A stretch of DNA of 64,000 nt from Mobula hypostoma (lineage: Eukaryota). The stretch covers positions 18,786,001 to 18,850,000 of the forward strand of contig NC_086124.1 in assembly GCF_963921235.1 (NCBI RefSeq). Reading direction: 5' to 3'. Under the pieces are notes generated by a model, which did not search any database, was not told the DNA's origin, and saw only the letters and a program-made list of their open reading frames with translations. This document shows positions 13,957 through 26,540 of the stretch, one piece after another. A program made the position numbers and the translations under genes. How positions within the stretch are numbered: position 1 is the stretch's first letter; the number at the start of each line of letters is the position of its first letter.

Positions 13957-14139
13957 CTGGAAGAGAGTAGAAGAGATCAGTAGTGATTAGAGAGCATGAC
14001 CACAGCAGAATCCCAGATCCCAATGGGACATGCAGTCCACAGAGCGACCACCAGAACCACAGGAAACAAATTAGGACAGGCTTCACACTGAACTAACAGA
14101 TGATGGTGAGGCACCTCTCTCATCTTTTATCAAGATGGA

Positions 14140-14625
14140 ACTACACCGAACTGCTCAGAATGGTAATCTCATCACTTCGCAGAATAGTGGTTACTGACTT
14201 CTGGTGCCCCACCCTGAACCTTCATTGGTCACTTGTGACCTTACCCTGAACCGTTGTAGGTCACTCTTGACCTTACTCTGGATGGTCATTGGTCACAGTG
14301 ACCTTATTCTGCACTGTCATTGGTCCGTGGTGACTTTATTTTGGACTATCTACTGGTCGCTGACCACTGGTGATCGTAACCTGGACTATCCATTGTTTAC
14401 TGACTTCTAGTGAAATCATCAGCCTGTATATTGGTGGTACCACTAGTTAGTGACCACTGCTGACCTCATCCCGAACTGTCTTTTGGTTACTGACCGCTGT
14501 TGACCGCATCCTGACTGTCAATTGTTCAGCGATCACTGGTGACCATATCCTGGACTGTGTCACTGAACTCTGCTGAACTTACTGCTGACAGGCTTTTGGT
14601 TACTGACCTCTCCTGCCCTTACCCC
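14140..14625. repeat. Degenerate minisatellite, unit about 30-40 bp (TGACCACTGGTGACCTTACCCTGGACTGTCATTGGT-like)
   Basis: Recurring TGACC/GACTG/TTGGT words. Confidence 0.65.
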
Positions 14626-15332
14626 AGACCATCCACCAGTCTCTTTGCTCTATATCCTGTCTATTGGCCATGCTGTAAAGTCCTCTGGAGATTTCTACCT
14701 ATCAATAAAGCCACCTTCCTTCTAAACCCTAGCGAATACTGACCTGCCCTGCTCAACAAACCGGCTCCATTGGCTGGAAAGTTCAAGCAAAAGGCTAAAG
14801 CAAAGGCGACCACCGACTGTACAAGATGATCTATAGCCTCCATTAGAACTATCAGGCTGCTTTACAAGGCCTTGGGTTATCCTGATTCTGCAGTTGGCTC
14901 CGCCCAAGAGTGCAGCCTCCTTCTTTGGACACAACACTGCCCAAGGCCTTCGGAAGAACACACACACACACACACACACACAGAGTGTCACACAATAAAC
15001 CAATTCCAATTCCAACAAAGAGTCACACCACTATCTCTCTCTACCTCTCACACTCACATTCTCTCTTTCCTCATCTCACTCTCCCTCACCCTCTCTCATT
15101 CTCTGCCCCTTTTCTATCTCTGGTTGTCTGTCTATCTCTCTCTCTCTCACTCATACAGATAGGGTCATGCAATAAAGCAATTCTAATTCCAATTCCAGCA
15201 TAGAGTAACAAACACACAGTCTCTCTTTTTCTCTCTCTCCCCATCTCTCCCTCTCCCAGTCTCTCCCCCAACTCTGTCTCTATCTCTGACTCGCTCGTGC
15301 TCACACACACACACACACCACAAAATACTCAC

Positions 15333-15464
15333 CCCAAACATCTGCCGCAGGTCAGGATCTCTGAATCGGAATGGGATGTTGGAGACATGGAGACGTTTGG
15401 CTTGCACCTTGTTGTCCTCTGACTCTTGAGACAGCTGGGTGGTGTCCTGCTGACTCGAATCTTC
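15333..15464 (-). CDS. rbfox1l: rbfox1l exon 3, start of RRM ([44 protein letters not shown])
   Basis: Invariant [27 protein letters not shown]; 132 nt with caacag acceptor and GTGAGT donor. Confidence 0.97.
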
Positions 15465-15829
15465 CTGTTGATAACGGTGACAGAAATGGGGATAAGGGTG
15501 ACAATCCTTTCAAAAAAAGCTTTGCAAAGCTTTGTTGAATTTTTGGCTTCTGAGAGCTTCATGGCTAGTCTTCGGGGATGTTCTCATTGGATGAAACATC
15601 CTTCCCTGAGGAAGAGCGAATGCCTTACACAATATGTTCAAATCTGGGCAACACAGTCGAGTGGCATGTAGAGACGTTCCTTCAGTGCGCTGGGGACCAG
15701 AGATCGATCCTCACGTGTGTGTGTGTTTCTGACATTCTCTTTGTAATCATGTAGGCTCTTCTCTAGGCATTCCACATCACATTACCTGCCATAATTCTAG
15801 TTTTTGGATGAGTGAGTGAGCAAAAATTA

Positions 15830-17995
15830 TATTGCACATTACATTTATATTGCACGGTACAGTATATTGCACCCAGTCACCAGAGAAGGGTGGGGGGTGT
15901 TAAATCAGACACAGGAAACAGTGACAGGATCTAAAATATTATATTACACGTTGTGAACTGTGAAGGGGATATATAATATATCATACATCATGACCACAGT
16001 TATGGGAATCTATTATATTATATCACATGCAGTGACTACTGAGGGATATCACCCAGCAACCAGTGACAGGGATATCTGTAACATTATATCATGCACACAG
16101 TAACCAGTCTGTGGATCCATGATATTGTACCACACAGTGGGTAGTGACGGCAAGATGTATATTATGTATATGGTAAGAGGTATATATAATATACAGTGAC
16201 CAGTGATAGGAATCAACAATATTATGAAGCACACAATGTAACCAGTGATAATTTCACACACGGTATACACTGATGGGGTCTATAATAACATATTGCATGC
16301 AGTGACAATTGAGGACTTATATTGCACCACACACGTGGACTAGTGACAGGATATATAATGATATGTGAGGGAGATCTATAATAATACATCACATATGGTG
16401 ACCAGTAAAGGAGGGGTGTGTCCATAATATAGTATCACAGTTTGACTCTAACAACAGTGATCTATAGTATTATATCACACACTTGCTGGTAACGTAAATC
16501 TATCATATTCGACCACAACCAGTGACCCCCTCAACACTATTATGTTGCACACAGTGACCAGTGTAGTTCAAACTAACTGTAGTACATATTGACCTCTTTC
16601 ATTTCCGTCTTTTTTCGTGTTTTCTTGTTGCTGATGGGCGGGCTGGGAGTTTGGGTTTTGATATTGTTGTTGCCGTTTTGCAGTGTGGGTGACCTGTTAG
16701 TTTTTTGTGTATGGCAGAGGTGTTTGGGGGCTTGATGTTATTGTCACAGCTTTTTTTTCTTGTGGGCAATATGTTAGTTTTTTTTTGCAAAGGAAGGAGG
16801 TCTGGGTTTGCAGTTTTGTTCTTTTAGGTTTTGTGCAGGGGGTTGATGTCTTTTCTTTCAATGACTTCTATGGTTTATCTGTATTTCATAGCTATCTGGA
16901 GAAGACGAATCTCAGAGTTGTATTTTGCATACATACTTTGATAATAAAATGAGCCTTTGAGACTTCTGAACGTTTTATTAAGGGGATCGATATTGTATCA
17001 AACACACCGCTGTGATAGGCCATTCATTGATCCACAACATTACAAAACCCGCAGAATCCAGTGACAGGGATCTGTACTGTTATATTCAACAGAGTGAGGG
17101 AAATTTGAAATAATTTATCATGCACTGGCCAGCGGGGGTGATCTATAATTCTGTATTAAAAAGAGTGACACTTCAATGAAGGAAACCTATACTGGTTTTT
17201 CATACATGGGAACAAATGACAGGAAACTATCAGTGACCCTATAATGATATAAAACTACAATACTGTATCACACATGGTGCCCAGTCAGGTTTATGTGTAA
17301 CTCTATATCATAAATACCTGTCCTGGGGTTTCAAAACCTCAAAAAACAATTATCAGTGACAGTAAAGGCATCCATTAGTCTAGCGAGACCGTGGATCTGC
17401 GCCTGGAAAGTCTTCACTCTCCAGGGCGCAGGCCTGGACAAGGTTGTATGGAAGACCAGCAGTTGCCCATGCTGCAAGTCTCCCCCGCTCCACGACACCA
17501 ATGTTGTCCAAGGGAAGGGCATTAGGACCCATACATCTTGGCACCAGTGTCGTCGCAGAGCAATGTGTGATTAAGTGCCTTGCTCAAGGACACAACAAGT
17601 TCCCTCGGCTGGGGCTCGAACTCACGACCTTCAGGTAACTAGTCCAATGCCTCAACCACTTGGCCACGTGCCCACACAATCAGTAACAGGGATCTATGAA
17701 ATTAAATTATACACCATGGCTATTGAGGAAATCTAAAATATTATATCATACACTGCTGAGGCGGATAGATTTTTCACAGTGACCAAAGACAGAGATCCAT
17801 AATACAAAGTGAATGATATCACACACTGTGATCAGAGAAGAATTTATAATACACATTGTGGTCAATGTTGGGCATCAATAATATTATATCACACACTGTT
17901 ATGAATGATGAGAATTTTTACTGGTCGAATAGAGTGACCAGTGAGTTGGATATGATATTACATAACACCCAGCAACTTGTGACTGGTATCTCTAA
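15830..17995. repeat. Old degenerate minisatellite, unit about 40 bp (CACACAGTGACCAGTGACAGGGATCTATAATATTATAT-like), interrupted by other repeats
   Basis: Recurring CAGTGAC, GATCTATAA and ATATCACAC words at regular spacing. Confidence 0.7.
17360..17678 (-). mobile_element. tRNA-headed SINE with CORE-like segment; truncated second copy at about 39575-39765(+)
   Basis: A box TGGCCAAGTGG, B box GTTCGAGCC, then TGTGTCCTTGAGCAAGGCACTTAA. The two copies are near-identical over about 190 bp. Confidence 0.75.
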
Positions 17996-18200
17996 TGTTA
18001 ATCAGAATCAGGTTTAATATTGCAGGCATACATTCTTACATTTGTTCTTTTGTGGCAGCACTACAATGTGATGCATAATAATAAAAATATCTAAATTACA
18101 AAGAGAAATATCTTTAAAAATCAATTAAATAAGTGCTAAATGAGAGCAAAAAAGAAGAAAGAATATTGAGGTAATGTAGACATTGAGGTATTGAGGTAGA

Positions 18201-18600
18201 TTGTGGGTGGCGGGGTGGATTTGTGACTCTGCCAAAGGAGATCTGAGGCGTTCGCTCCTTCCTTCTGCTTGCCTGCAGGTCACCCTTGGGCAAAGTGTAG
18301 CGCCTGCTTGGCACCCCCTCCCCACTGATCAGGGTCACATGAGGCCACGGGAACAGGTGGTGGACGGTCGCACGAGCAGCTGGTGCATATCACAAATCCT
18401 GGTTATGCGACCACTGACGCCAGGCAGATGATCTCAAAAGAGTATTGATAATGGCTGGGGCCACATGTCTTGTAAAGACACTGCCCAGAAGGAGACAAGG
18501 GCAAGTCACTTCTGCAGAAAAATTTGCAACTAACTACAGTATCATGGTCATGAGACCATGATCACCCACGTCATACGACGTGGCACATTATGGTGACAAG
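18201..18600 (+). mobile_element. Non-coding interspersed repeat, probably RTE-related; partial copies at about 22500-22665(-) and 24390-24607(-)
   Basis: Three mutually similar copies in the window; family assignment is inference. Confidence 0.6.
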
Positions 18601-19060
18601 TGTATAATGAGGTGGGTTTGATGTCCATTCGGAAATCTTATGGTCAAGAGGAAGAAGCTGATCCTAAAGCATTGAGTGTGGGTCTTTTGTCTCCTTTATC
18701 TCCTTATTGATGGTAGCAATGAGAATAAGGCCTGTCCTGGATGATGAGGGTGCTTAATAATAGATGTTGCCTTTCTGAGCCACCTCTTTTTGAGGATGTC
18801 CTTGATGCTGGGGAGGCTGTTGCCCATGGTGGAGCTGCATATATTCACAACCTTCTGCTATTTTCTCCCATCCTGTGCAGAGGCCCCTCTATACCAGACG
18901 TTTATAGTTAGTAACTGGTATGCAATCAGTTACTGAGACCAGAGAGAGGATCTATAACACTATCACACAGAATGTCCCTTCAGTGGTCACACACAAAGTT
19001 ATACAAGTATGCACACAGTCACAGACATACAAGCTCCCACAGACACACAAACATGTACAC

Positions 19061-19238
19061 NNNNNNNNNNNNNNNNNNNNNNNNNNNNNNNNNNNNNNNN
19101 NNNNNNNNNNNNNNNNNNNNNNNNNNNNNNNNNNNNNNNNNNNNNNNNNNNNNNNNNNNNNNNNNNNNNNNNNNNNNNNNNNNNNNNNNNNNNNNNNNNN
19201 NNNNNNNNNNNNNNNNNNNNNNNNNNNNNNNNNNNNNN
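19061..19238. other. Assembly gap (others at 26619-26746, 32755-32906, 50055-50547)
   Basis: Runs of N, mostly beside microsatellite or low-complexity DNA. Confidence 1.
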
Positions 19239-20114
19239 CACACACAATCACACACCCATACACACACACGCAGACACACGTCCACACACACATACACACA
19301 CATGTCCACACACATACACACACCTATACACAAACACACACCCACATCTACACACCCACACACATACACACACACAGATCCATACATCCGTACCATTCTA
19401 TGCAGTCGTCTACTGCTCACCCAGAATAAACTGCGACAAAATTTGCAAAGAGTAGGTTAGTTGAGAACATGAGGCTACGCCCTGACAAATGTGAACCATG
19501 TGGTTTATTAGATGGTGCAGCAGAGTGTGGGGTTCAGTTATGAAGATCTGTGCCCCATGGTGCAGCAGGTAAAGCCACTGCTTCCCAACTCCAGCGGCCC
19601 TAGTTCGATCCTGGCCTCCGGTGCTGTGCCTGTATAGGTGGAGTTGGCCCACTTTCTGTGTGACCGTGTCGACTTCTTCCAGTTCCTTCCTATACCCCAA
19701 GGTTTCCCTCACCCGGGATCACCCTCAGGAATGTGGCCTGAACACACTGCAGGGAGAATTAGTCTAGGCAATGGGATCGCATCACTGTGGCTGGCTGATC
19801 TATACTAACATTGCCATTGGTCTGACTGTATGTTTCACTGTCATTGGTCTGACTGTACTCTCACTCGACTGACCATATCATACTGTCTCTGTACAGTATT
19901 TTATTTCCAACATGATTGGCCACACTGTATACTCACTGTGATGTGTAGGATGTACTCTCACTTTAATTGATCGAGCTGTACTCTGCAGCTAGATTCTTGG
20001 CTTCCCGATGAACAGACACAATCTGCTAGGATATTCAGCAACACCTCCAAAGCAATTATTCGGAACACTGGTGCTCCACAAGACTACGTTCTCAGACCTC
20101 TCTTCTATTGCAGT

Positions 20115-21680
20115 GCAGTCATGATTATAGACCAAAGTCAGCATGGTTTCTTTAAGGAGGAATTTAGCCTGACAAAACTGGTGGAATTCTATGAGGAAAT
20201 GAGAGGCAGGATAGACAAAGGAGAGTTAGAAGATGTTGTTTACTTGGATTTTCAGAAGGCCTCTGACAAGGTGCCGCACATGCAGCTGCTTAATAAGATG
20301 GGAGTTCATGGTATACTAGGAAAGATACTAGAAGATTGGTTGATAGGCAGAGGGAAAGTGTCAGAATAAAGGGAGCATATTCGGGATGGCTACCAGATAC
20401 AAGTAGTGTTCCGTGGGGCTCGGTACTGGGACTACTTCTTCCACGTTTTACGTCAATAATTTGGATGATAGAATTGATGGCTTTGTGAAAGATATAAAGG
20501 TTTGCAGAAGATACAAAGGTAGGTAGAGGGACAAGTAGTGTTCGGGAAGCAGTGAGACTTGGAAAGATTGGAAGAATGAACAAAGAAGTGGCAGATGGAA
20601 TAGTGTAGGGAAGTGTATGGTCGTCCACTTTGGTAGAAGAAATCAATCTGTTATTTATTTATTGAGATACAGCATGGAGTAGGCCTTTGGCCTTCCAAGC
20701 CACGCAACCCAGCAATGCCCCTATTTAATCGTAACCTAATTTGGGGACAACTTACAATGACCAATTAACCTACCAACCAATATGTCTTTAGACTGTGGGA
20801 GGAAACCAAAACACCCAGAGGAATCCCACACAGTCAAAGGGAGAACATATAAACTCCTTCCAGGCAGTGGCAGGAATTGAACCCAGGTCACTGGTACTAT
20901 AAAGTGTTGTGCTAATCCTTACACCACTGTGCTGACCCAGACTCATAGACTATTTTCTAAATGGGGAGAAAATTTAAAACTCATAGGTGCAAAGGGACTT
21001 GGGAGTCCTTGTGCTGGATTCTCTAAACTTGCAGGTTGAGTTGGTGGTAAGGAAAGCAAATGCAATATCAACATTCATTTTGAGAGTACTATAATATAAG
21101 AGCTGAGACTTTATAAGGCATTAGTCAGACCACACTAGGAGTACTTGAGCAGCTTTGGGCCCCTTATCTAAGGAAAGATGTTCTGGCATTGGAGAGGGTC
21201 CAGGGGAGGTTCATGAGAATGATTCCAGGAATGAAAGGGTTAATGCATGAGGAGTGTGTGATGGCTCTGCACCTGTACTCACTGGAGTTTAGAAGAATGA
21301 GGTGGGATCTCATGGCTCCTATTGAATATTGAAAGGGCCTAGACAGAGTAGATATGGAGAAGATGCTTCCAAAAGTGGATGAGTCTAGGACCAGAGGGCA
21401 CAGCCTCATAATAGAGGAGTGTTCATTTAGACCAGAGATGACAAGAAATTTCTTTAGCCAGAGGGTGGTGAATCTGTGAAATTCATTGCCACAGACAGCT
21501 GTGGAGACCAAGTTATTCAAAGCAGAAGTTCATAAGTTCTCGATTAGTCAAGGCTCCAAAAGTTACAGGGAGAAGGCAAGAGAATGGGATTGAGAAGGAT
21601 AATAGACCAGCCATCATGCAATGGCAGAGCAGACTCGATGGACTACTTCTGCTCCTAGGTCTTCTAGTCTTATGGACTGC
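20115..21680 (+). mobile_element. Degenerate CR1 LINE interrupted by a SINE (about 20650-20940)
   Basis: QSQHGF...VVYLDFQKASDKVPH followed by CR1 3' region. Ends approximate. Confidence 0.85.
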
Positions 21681-22695
21681 AGATTTTGAGGTCTCCAGAT
21701 TCTGCTCAGCCACCATCTATGTTTCCAGATGATACAACCACAGAATCCCAGATCTCAAATAATGATGTGTTGGAGTACAGGAATGAGAAAGAGATACTGT
21801 AATGGCAAAACTGTGGTCAACGTCAACAAAAGAGTTGGTCATTGAGTTCTAAAAGGGATGCGGTGAACATGCTCCTGTCCACATTAACCATGTTGAGGCC
21901 GAGACGGTTGACAGCATCAAGTTCCCAGCATGGATATCACCATCAGCCTGTCCTGGTCAAACCAGGTAGGTGTCACAGCCAAGAAACTTGCAGATGGCTC
22001 ACCAAAGCCTTTACTTCTTCAGGAGGCTGAAGAAATTTTGCATGTCCTCATCGACCCTTAACAATGTTTGTTGATGCACCATAAAAAGCATCTTATCTGG
22101 ATGCATCACAGCTAGGTATGGCAACTGCTCTACTCATGACCACAAAAAACCACGAGGATTTGTGGACACAGCTCAGTGCATCGTGAAATCTGACCTCCTT
22201 TCTACAGACTTTCCACTCTTCTCACTGCTTCAGTTAAATAGCCAGTATAATCAAAGACCCCACCCTCCCCAGACATTCCTCTTCTCCCCTCTCCCACTGA
22301 CACAAGATACAAAAGCCTAAAAGCAAGTACCACCAGTCTCTAGGATAACGTCAACACCATTATCTACTTAGTTGTTTCCCAGAAATGATAGGGTAGAGTC
22401 TTAGCCACATAACCTACCTCATTATGACCTTGCCCCTTATTTTCTATCCACACTGCACTTTCTCTGTAGCTGTTATACTTTATTTGGTATTCTGATATTG
22501 GTTTACCTTTTACTACCCAGGTTCATTCATTAGGTGCCATGACATATGACGTGGATGATCATGGTCTTTCCATGACCATGATTGTTCTTGGCAAGTTTTT
22601 CACAGAATTGGTTTGTCATTGTGTTCTTCTGGGCAGTATCTTTACAAGACAGACGACACCAGCTATTGTTATTATTATTATTATTATTAATGTAT

Positions 22696-23260
22696 ATGGG
22701 GTATATGGGGTGTCAAGGAGGGGTAGCACCTCTGGTGGGGGAACATGTCGCGTCCTTTTCAGGGCGGTTAGTCCACCTTTGGTCCCCACCTGGCACTCAG
22801 CTCTCACCTGTGGCTCCCCGTAGCTGTTTGCATGCGACAGCGGCCACACCCCGGGCAACGGCTTCGACAAGCCGGCTAAACCAGGTGAGGGTAGCCGACA
22901 GGTCTCAAACCCTCGGTGAGATAGGGAGTTGTCTATCCCAGCACGTGAAGACAGACTCTGGTGGATTGAGCGGACCAGACCAATGGAAGGTCCAAGGGTC
23001 AAGAAGGCGGTCTCTGCAAGCGTCGTGGAACGTGTAGAGCAGGACAAGACACAGAAGACGTCCTGGTCATCCACTGCACCTAGTCCCATCTCCAGCCGTC
23101 TAGACTCTGTCTTGCCACTGGATCCAGATGGGAATTGGGAAGAGAGAGTGAGGCTGACGCTGCGCAACTCTCCCTCACTTCAATCCAAATCACGCGCTAG
23201 TCTCGACACCATCATAATGATGTCGAGGTCCTCATCGACGTCAACGATGGACGAACAACA
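22696..23260 (+). mobile_element. Short non-coding retroposon, RTE-like, headed by an HDV-like ribozyme
   Basis: 13-bp direct repeats ATTATTAATGTAT at 22683-22695 and 23261-23273; (CAA)-type tail; no tRNA head and no credible ORF. Confidence 0.8.
22707..22891 (+). ncRNA. HDV-like self-cleaving ribozyme (predicted fold)
   Basis: P1 GGGGUGU/ACACCCC; P2 CUCACCUG/CAGGUGAG; P3 GGC/GCC; L3 starts UCC; P1.1 GG at 22853-22854; P4 CGGCUU-CGAC-AAGCCG; J4/2 GCUAA. Confidence 0.75.
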
Positions 23261-23883
23261 ATTATTAATGTATTTATTTTTCTCACTCAGGCTGGTAAAA
23301 CCTGAGGTACAGGCATAGCCAAGCACACTCATTTTTCAATTGCTAGGAACTTTTGGACTATTCTAGTAGTGTTTGAATATTGACTGTGTAACTGTTCCTG
23401 AGGTTTATCTCTGTATCCTGTCATGTGAGACTCAAGTTCCGTTACTCGGTAGTATACACGTATTATAAATGTGTTTACTTCTAATGACCATTTCATGCGT
23501 GTCTTTCTTCTCTTAACTGCTTGAGTGGTCTCCGTTGTAAGACTGCTCCTCCAGGAAACGGTTGCAGCAGTCGCGGCCTGTGGTATTGATAGGCTACTCG
23601 GAATCTTGGCAGTATCTTTTCGGGTTTCCCGGTGCCTGCCCGACTATTCAACAGTGCACTACTAACCGTTCATTAACTGTGATGCTCATCGCTAGCTCCA
23701 GGCATGCCCTGGCAATCCGCATGCTGTGATCTTATCACTCTATTCCATTGACATCTCTCCACTTTAAAAGCGAAAGGGTATTGCTTTTTGTACTTACAGG
23801 CCAGGTTTTAGTCTCCTCCGCCCCTAACATGCAGAACAGATGCTGACCAGAGCACCGGCCAATATGGGTACCGACGTGTCTGG

Positions 23884-23931
<48 letters not shown>

Positions 23932-24699
23932 GAGACATACAATCTAACGAGCCTGTGCCGCCCAATTACACCCAGGTGAACAAATAACCTGCGCCTTTGG
24001 AATGTGAGAGGAAAGCGGAGCACAGGGAGTAAACCCACGCGGTAAGAGCAGAATTGTACTACCCTAGCCTGCATATCCAGACAGCGAGGACACAACATGC
24101 ATGGCCAACCCTGACCGAAGGAGGACTCATCCAGAGTAGAATGTACAAAAATTCCTTAGAGACAGCGGCGGAAATTGAACCTGGGTAACTGGCTCTGTAA
24201 TAGCATTACGTTACGCTACCCTCCTGTTCCATCCGCACCTCTCCCTTCATCCCAAACTTCAGTTCTCCAACAGAAAATGGACATTATAGTTAAATGATTC
24301 CTGGGGGGTTTGGGGGATGGGGACATATGCACAAATATAGCCAGCCTAAACAACAAATCAAGGCACAACTCTCCAATACATTGTGAATAATCTTCACAGA
24401 TTGCTTGCCTGGCGTCACTGGTCGCATAACCAGAAGCTGTGATACGCACCAGCTGCTCATACGACCATCCACCACCTGTTCCCATGGCTTCACTTGCTGG
24501 GGGGGCTAAGCAGGTGCTACACCTTGCCCAAGGGTGACCTGCAGCCTAGCGGAGGGAAAGGGCGCTTTACACCTCCTTTGGCAGAGACGAATCTCTACCC
24601 GGCCACCTGAGTGAATTGATCGGTATGAACAGTACATGCAAGGCAAACTTTTCACTGCAGATCGGTACATCTGACAATAATAAAAACATTTAAATTGCA

Positions 24700-25657
24700 G
24701 TAATCTCATCGTGATCTGCCCGGCCGGCAGTCCGGAGTCACTCGCCACTTACCGCGGGGGGAGGGGGGATTCCGGTTATCGGTCCTTCCACCGCCGTCGT
24801 CGTCTCAATCAGAGCCTGGGGCTGGGGGTAGAGTCGAAGGCCAGCCTCCGTAACCGATTGCCCCGCGTACTCCTGGCTGGGGTGAGGGAGCGGAGCGGGG
24901 TATTCGGCCGGCAGACGGGTCTGAGGAGGCGGAGGAGGGTACTGGGCCGGGTACCCCTGCGGCAGCGCCTCGCCGGAGCCGGGTGCATCCTGCGTTCCCT
25001 GAGGACCGAGAACGGAGTCCAGAATTAGAGGGCTAGGCGAGAGACAAATATAACCTTTTCCTTTCCCAGTTCTGAGCCGGGGTTCCACAAGACCCTCTTC
25101 CCCTCTCTACGGACGCTGCCCGACTTCCCACCCTCTCCCGCAGCTCACACAGGATGGAGATAAGGCCGAAGGGAAGGGGTGTCGGGTCTGTGGGTGCGTA
25201 CAGGAGGAGTACACCGTAGGAGGGGATCTCGATGTGAAGCTGGAGGGATGTGTGATTGGGTGATGGTGGGCAGCAGTTCTGTGGCTTGTTGGGTGTGGGA
25301 CGGAACGACACGGTTCTACGTAACCTGGAAGAAGAGTGAGATGATGAGAGAGCGCTAGGTGCGAAGGGGACTGAATGTGACAGCAGCTCTCCCCGAATGA
25401 CTGCAATAACCAACAGACAATAAAACTCCACCACCACCCCCCACCACACGCGCTACTCTCCACACCAACACCACCCTACAAACACCGACACCCCCACGTG
25501 AGAACACACACACGCCCAGACAGACACCCCACACAGGCACATATACCTCGTTCCACGTAGACACCCCACACACTCACCAAACACACAGACACTGAATCCC
25601 ACACAAACACACACAGGCTAGCACAGTCACACAGACACCCATCACTCCCTCTCTCTC

Positions 25658-25689
<32 letters not shown>

Positions 25690-25827
25690 GGGGCCATTGT
25701 ACAGATCCGCCCCCCCGCCCACACACACACACACATACCGATCCTCTCACACTAACACCCAGACATAACCCGACGCACAAAATTCCATGTTCTGTTCAGC
25801 CTACCAAATGTCCTCCCACACACGCAC

Positions 25828-25865
<38 letters not shown>

Positions 25866-26500
25866 CCCACCACGTACATATAGAAACTTCCCCGCAAAAC
25901 ACTTCCACATGCACACACACACAAAATCCCCGTAACCACTTGCGTCACCCGGTCCCTCGCTTCCCACTCACGCTGATCACTCCACACAGGATCTTGGTGG
26001 TCCCGAATGCCCCCACTCCCCAGCGGGGCAGCCCTCGCCCCTCCAGGAACATCCGTCCCTCCGCTCTCCCTCAGCCCTCATCCGTCCCTCCTGAATCGAG
26101 CCTCCGTCCCCTGCGCATGCTGCTTCGATCTCTGCAGCCTCCGGCACCCTTCTCTCCTCCTCCAACCACCTCTCCCCAGAAACCCCTCCCCACGCCCTCC
26201 GTCCCAACCCCTGCCCCTCTCGGCCAATGGTGAGCCGGCCGCAGTATCTGGCAGCACCGAATCCCCAGCACTCAGATCCGGCCCAATCCCCTGGCGTCCA
26301 ACTCTTTTCCTTTTAAGTGCATGTTTACCCCCTCTACACCTGCTCGCTCTCAACAGCAGCTGCCTGAGATATTTTTACATCTGTCACCCGGCGAAAATAG
26401 CTCGCGGGGGTCCCAGGACACTTGTCTCAGGAATTTCTTCTCCCTCTTCTGCGTTCCTGTCCCTGCCGTAGTCCCTCCCCACCACCAACAACCATCACCC
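24700..26500. promoter_or_regulatory. Intragenic CpG-rich region over rbfox1l exon 2, possible alternative promoter
   Basis: Dense CpG. CCAAT motifs near 26224 and 26283; CAGCTG E-box near 26357. Confidence 0.45.
24753..24998 (-). CDS. rbfox1l: rbfox1l exon 2, Pro-rich N-terminal region (GTQDAPGSGEALPQGYPAQYPPPPPQTRLPAEYPAPLPHPSQEYAGQ...IPPPPA)
   Basis: 246 nt with tcctcag acceptor and GTAAGT donor, phase 0/0. The PAEYxAPxPHPxxEYxGQ motif is shared with RBFOX1/3. Confidence 0.9.
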
Positions 26501-26501
26501 C

Positions 26502-26540
<39 letters not shown>

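Noticed and set aside
17600-17678. tRNA-like A and B boxes (also 38700-38784)
   Set aside because: No full cloverleaf, and they continue into SINE bodies; these are SINE heads, not tRNA genes.
18201-18320. Possible second HDV-like fold at the head of the 18.2k/24.5k repeat family (GGGUGGC/GUCACCC, GGGCAA, short hairpin)
   Set aside because: I could not place a convincing P3/L3/P2; a family consensus and covariance search would be needed.
22582-23318. ORFs of 129-183 aa over the 22.7k element
   Set aside because: No RT or endonuclease motifs; they cross the element boundaries and reflect GC-rich non-coding sequence.
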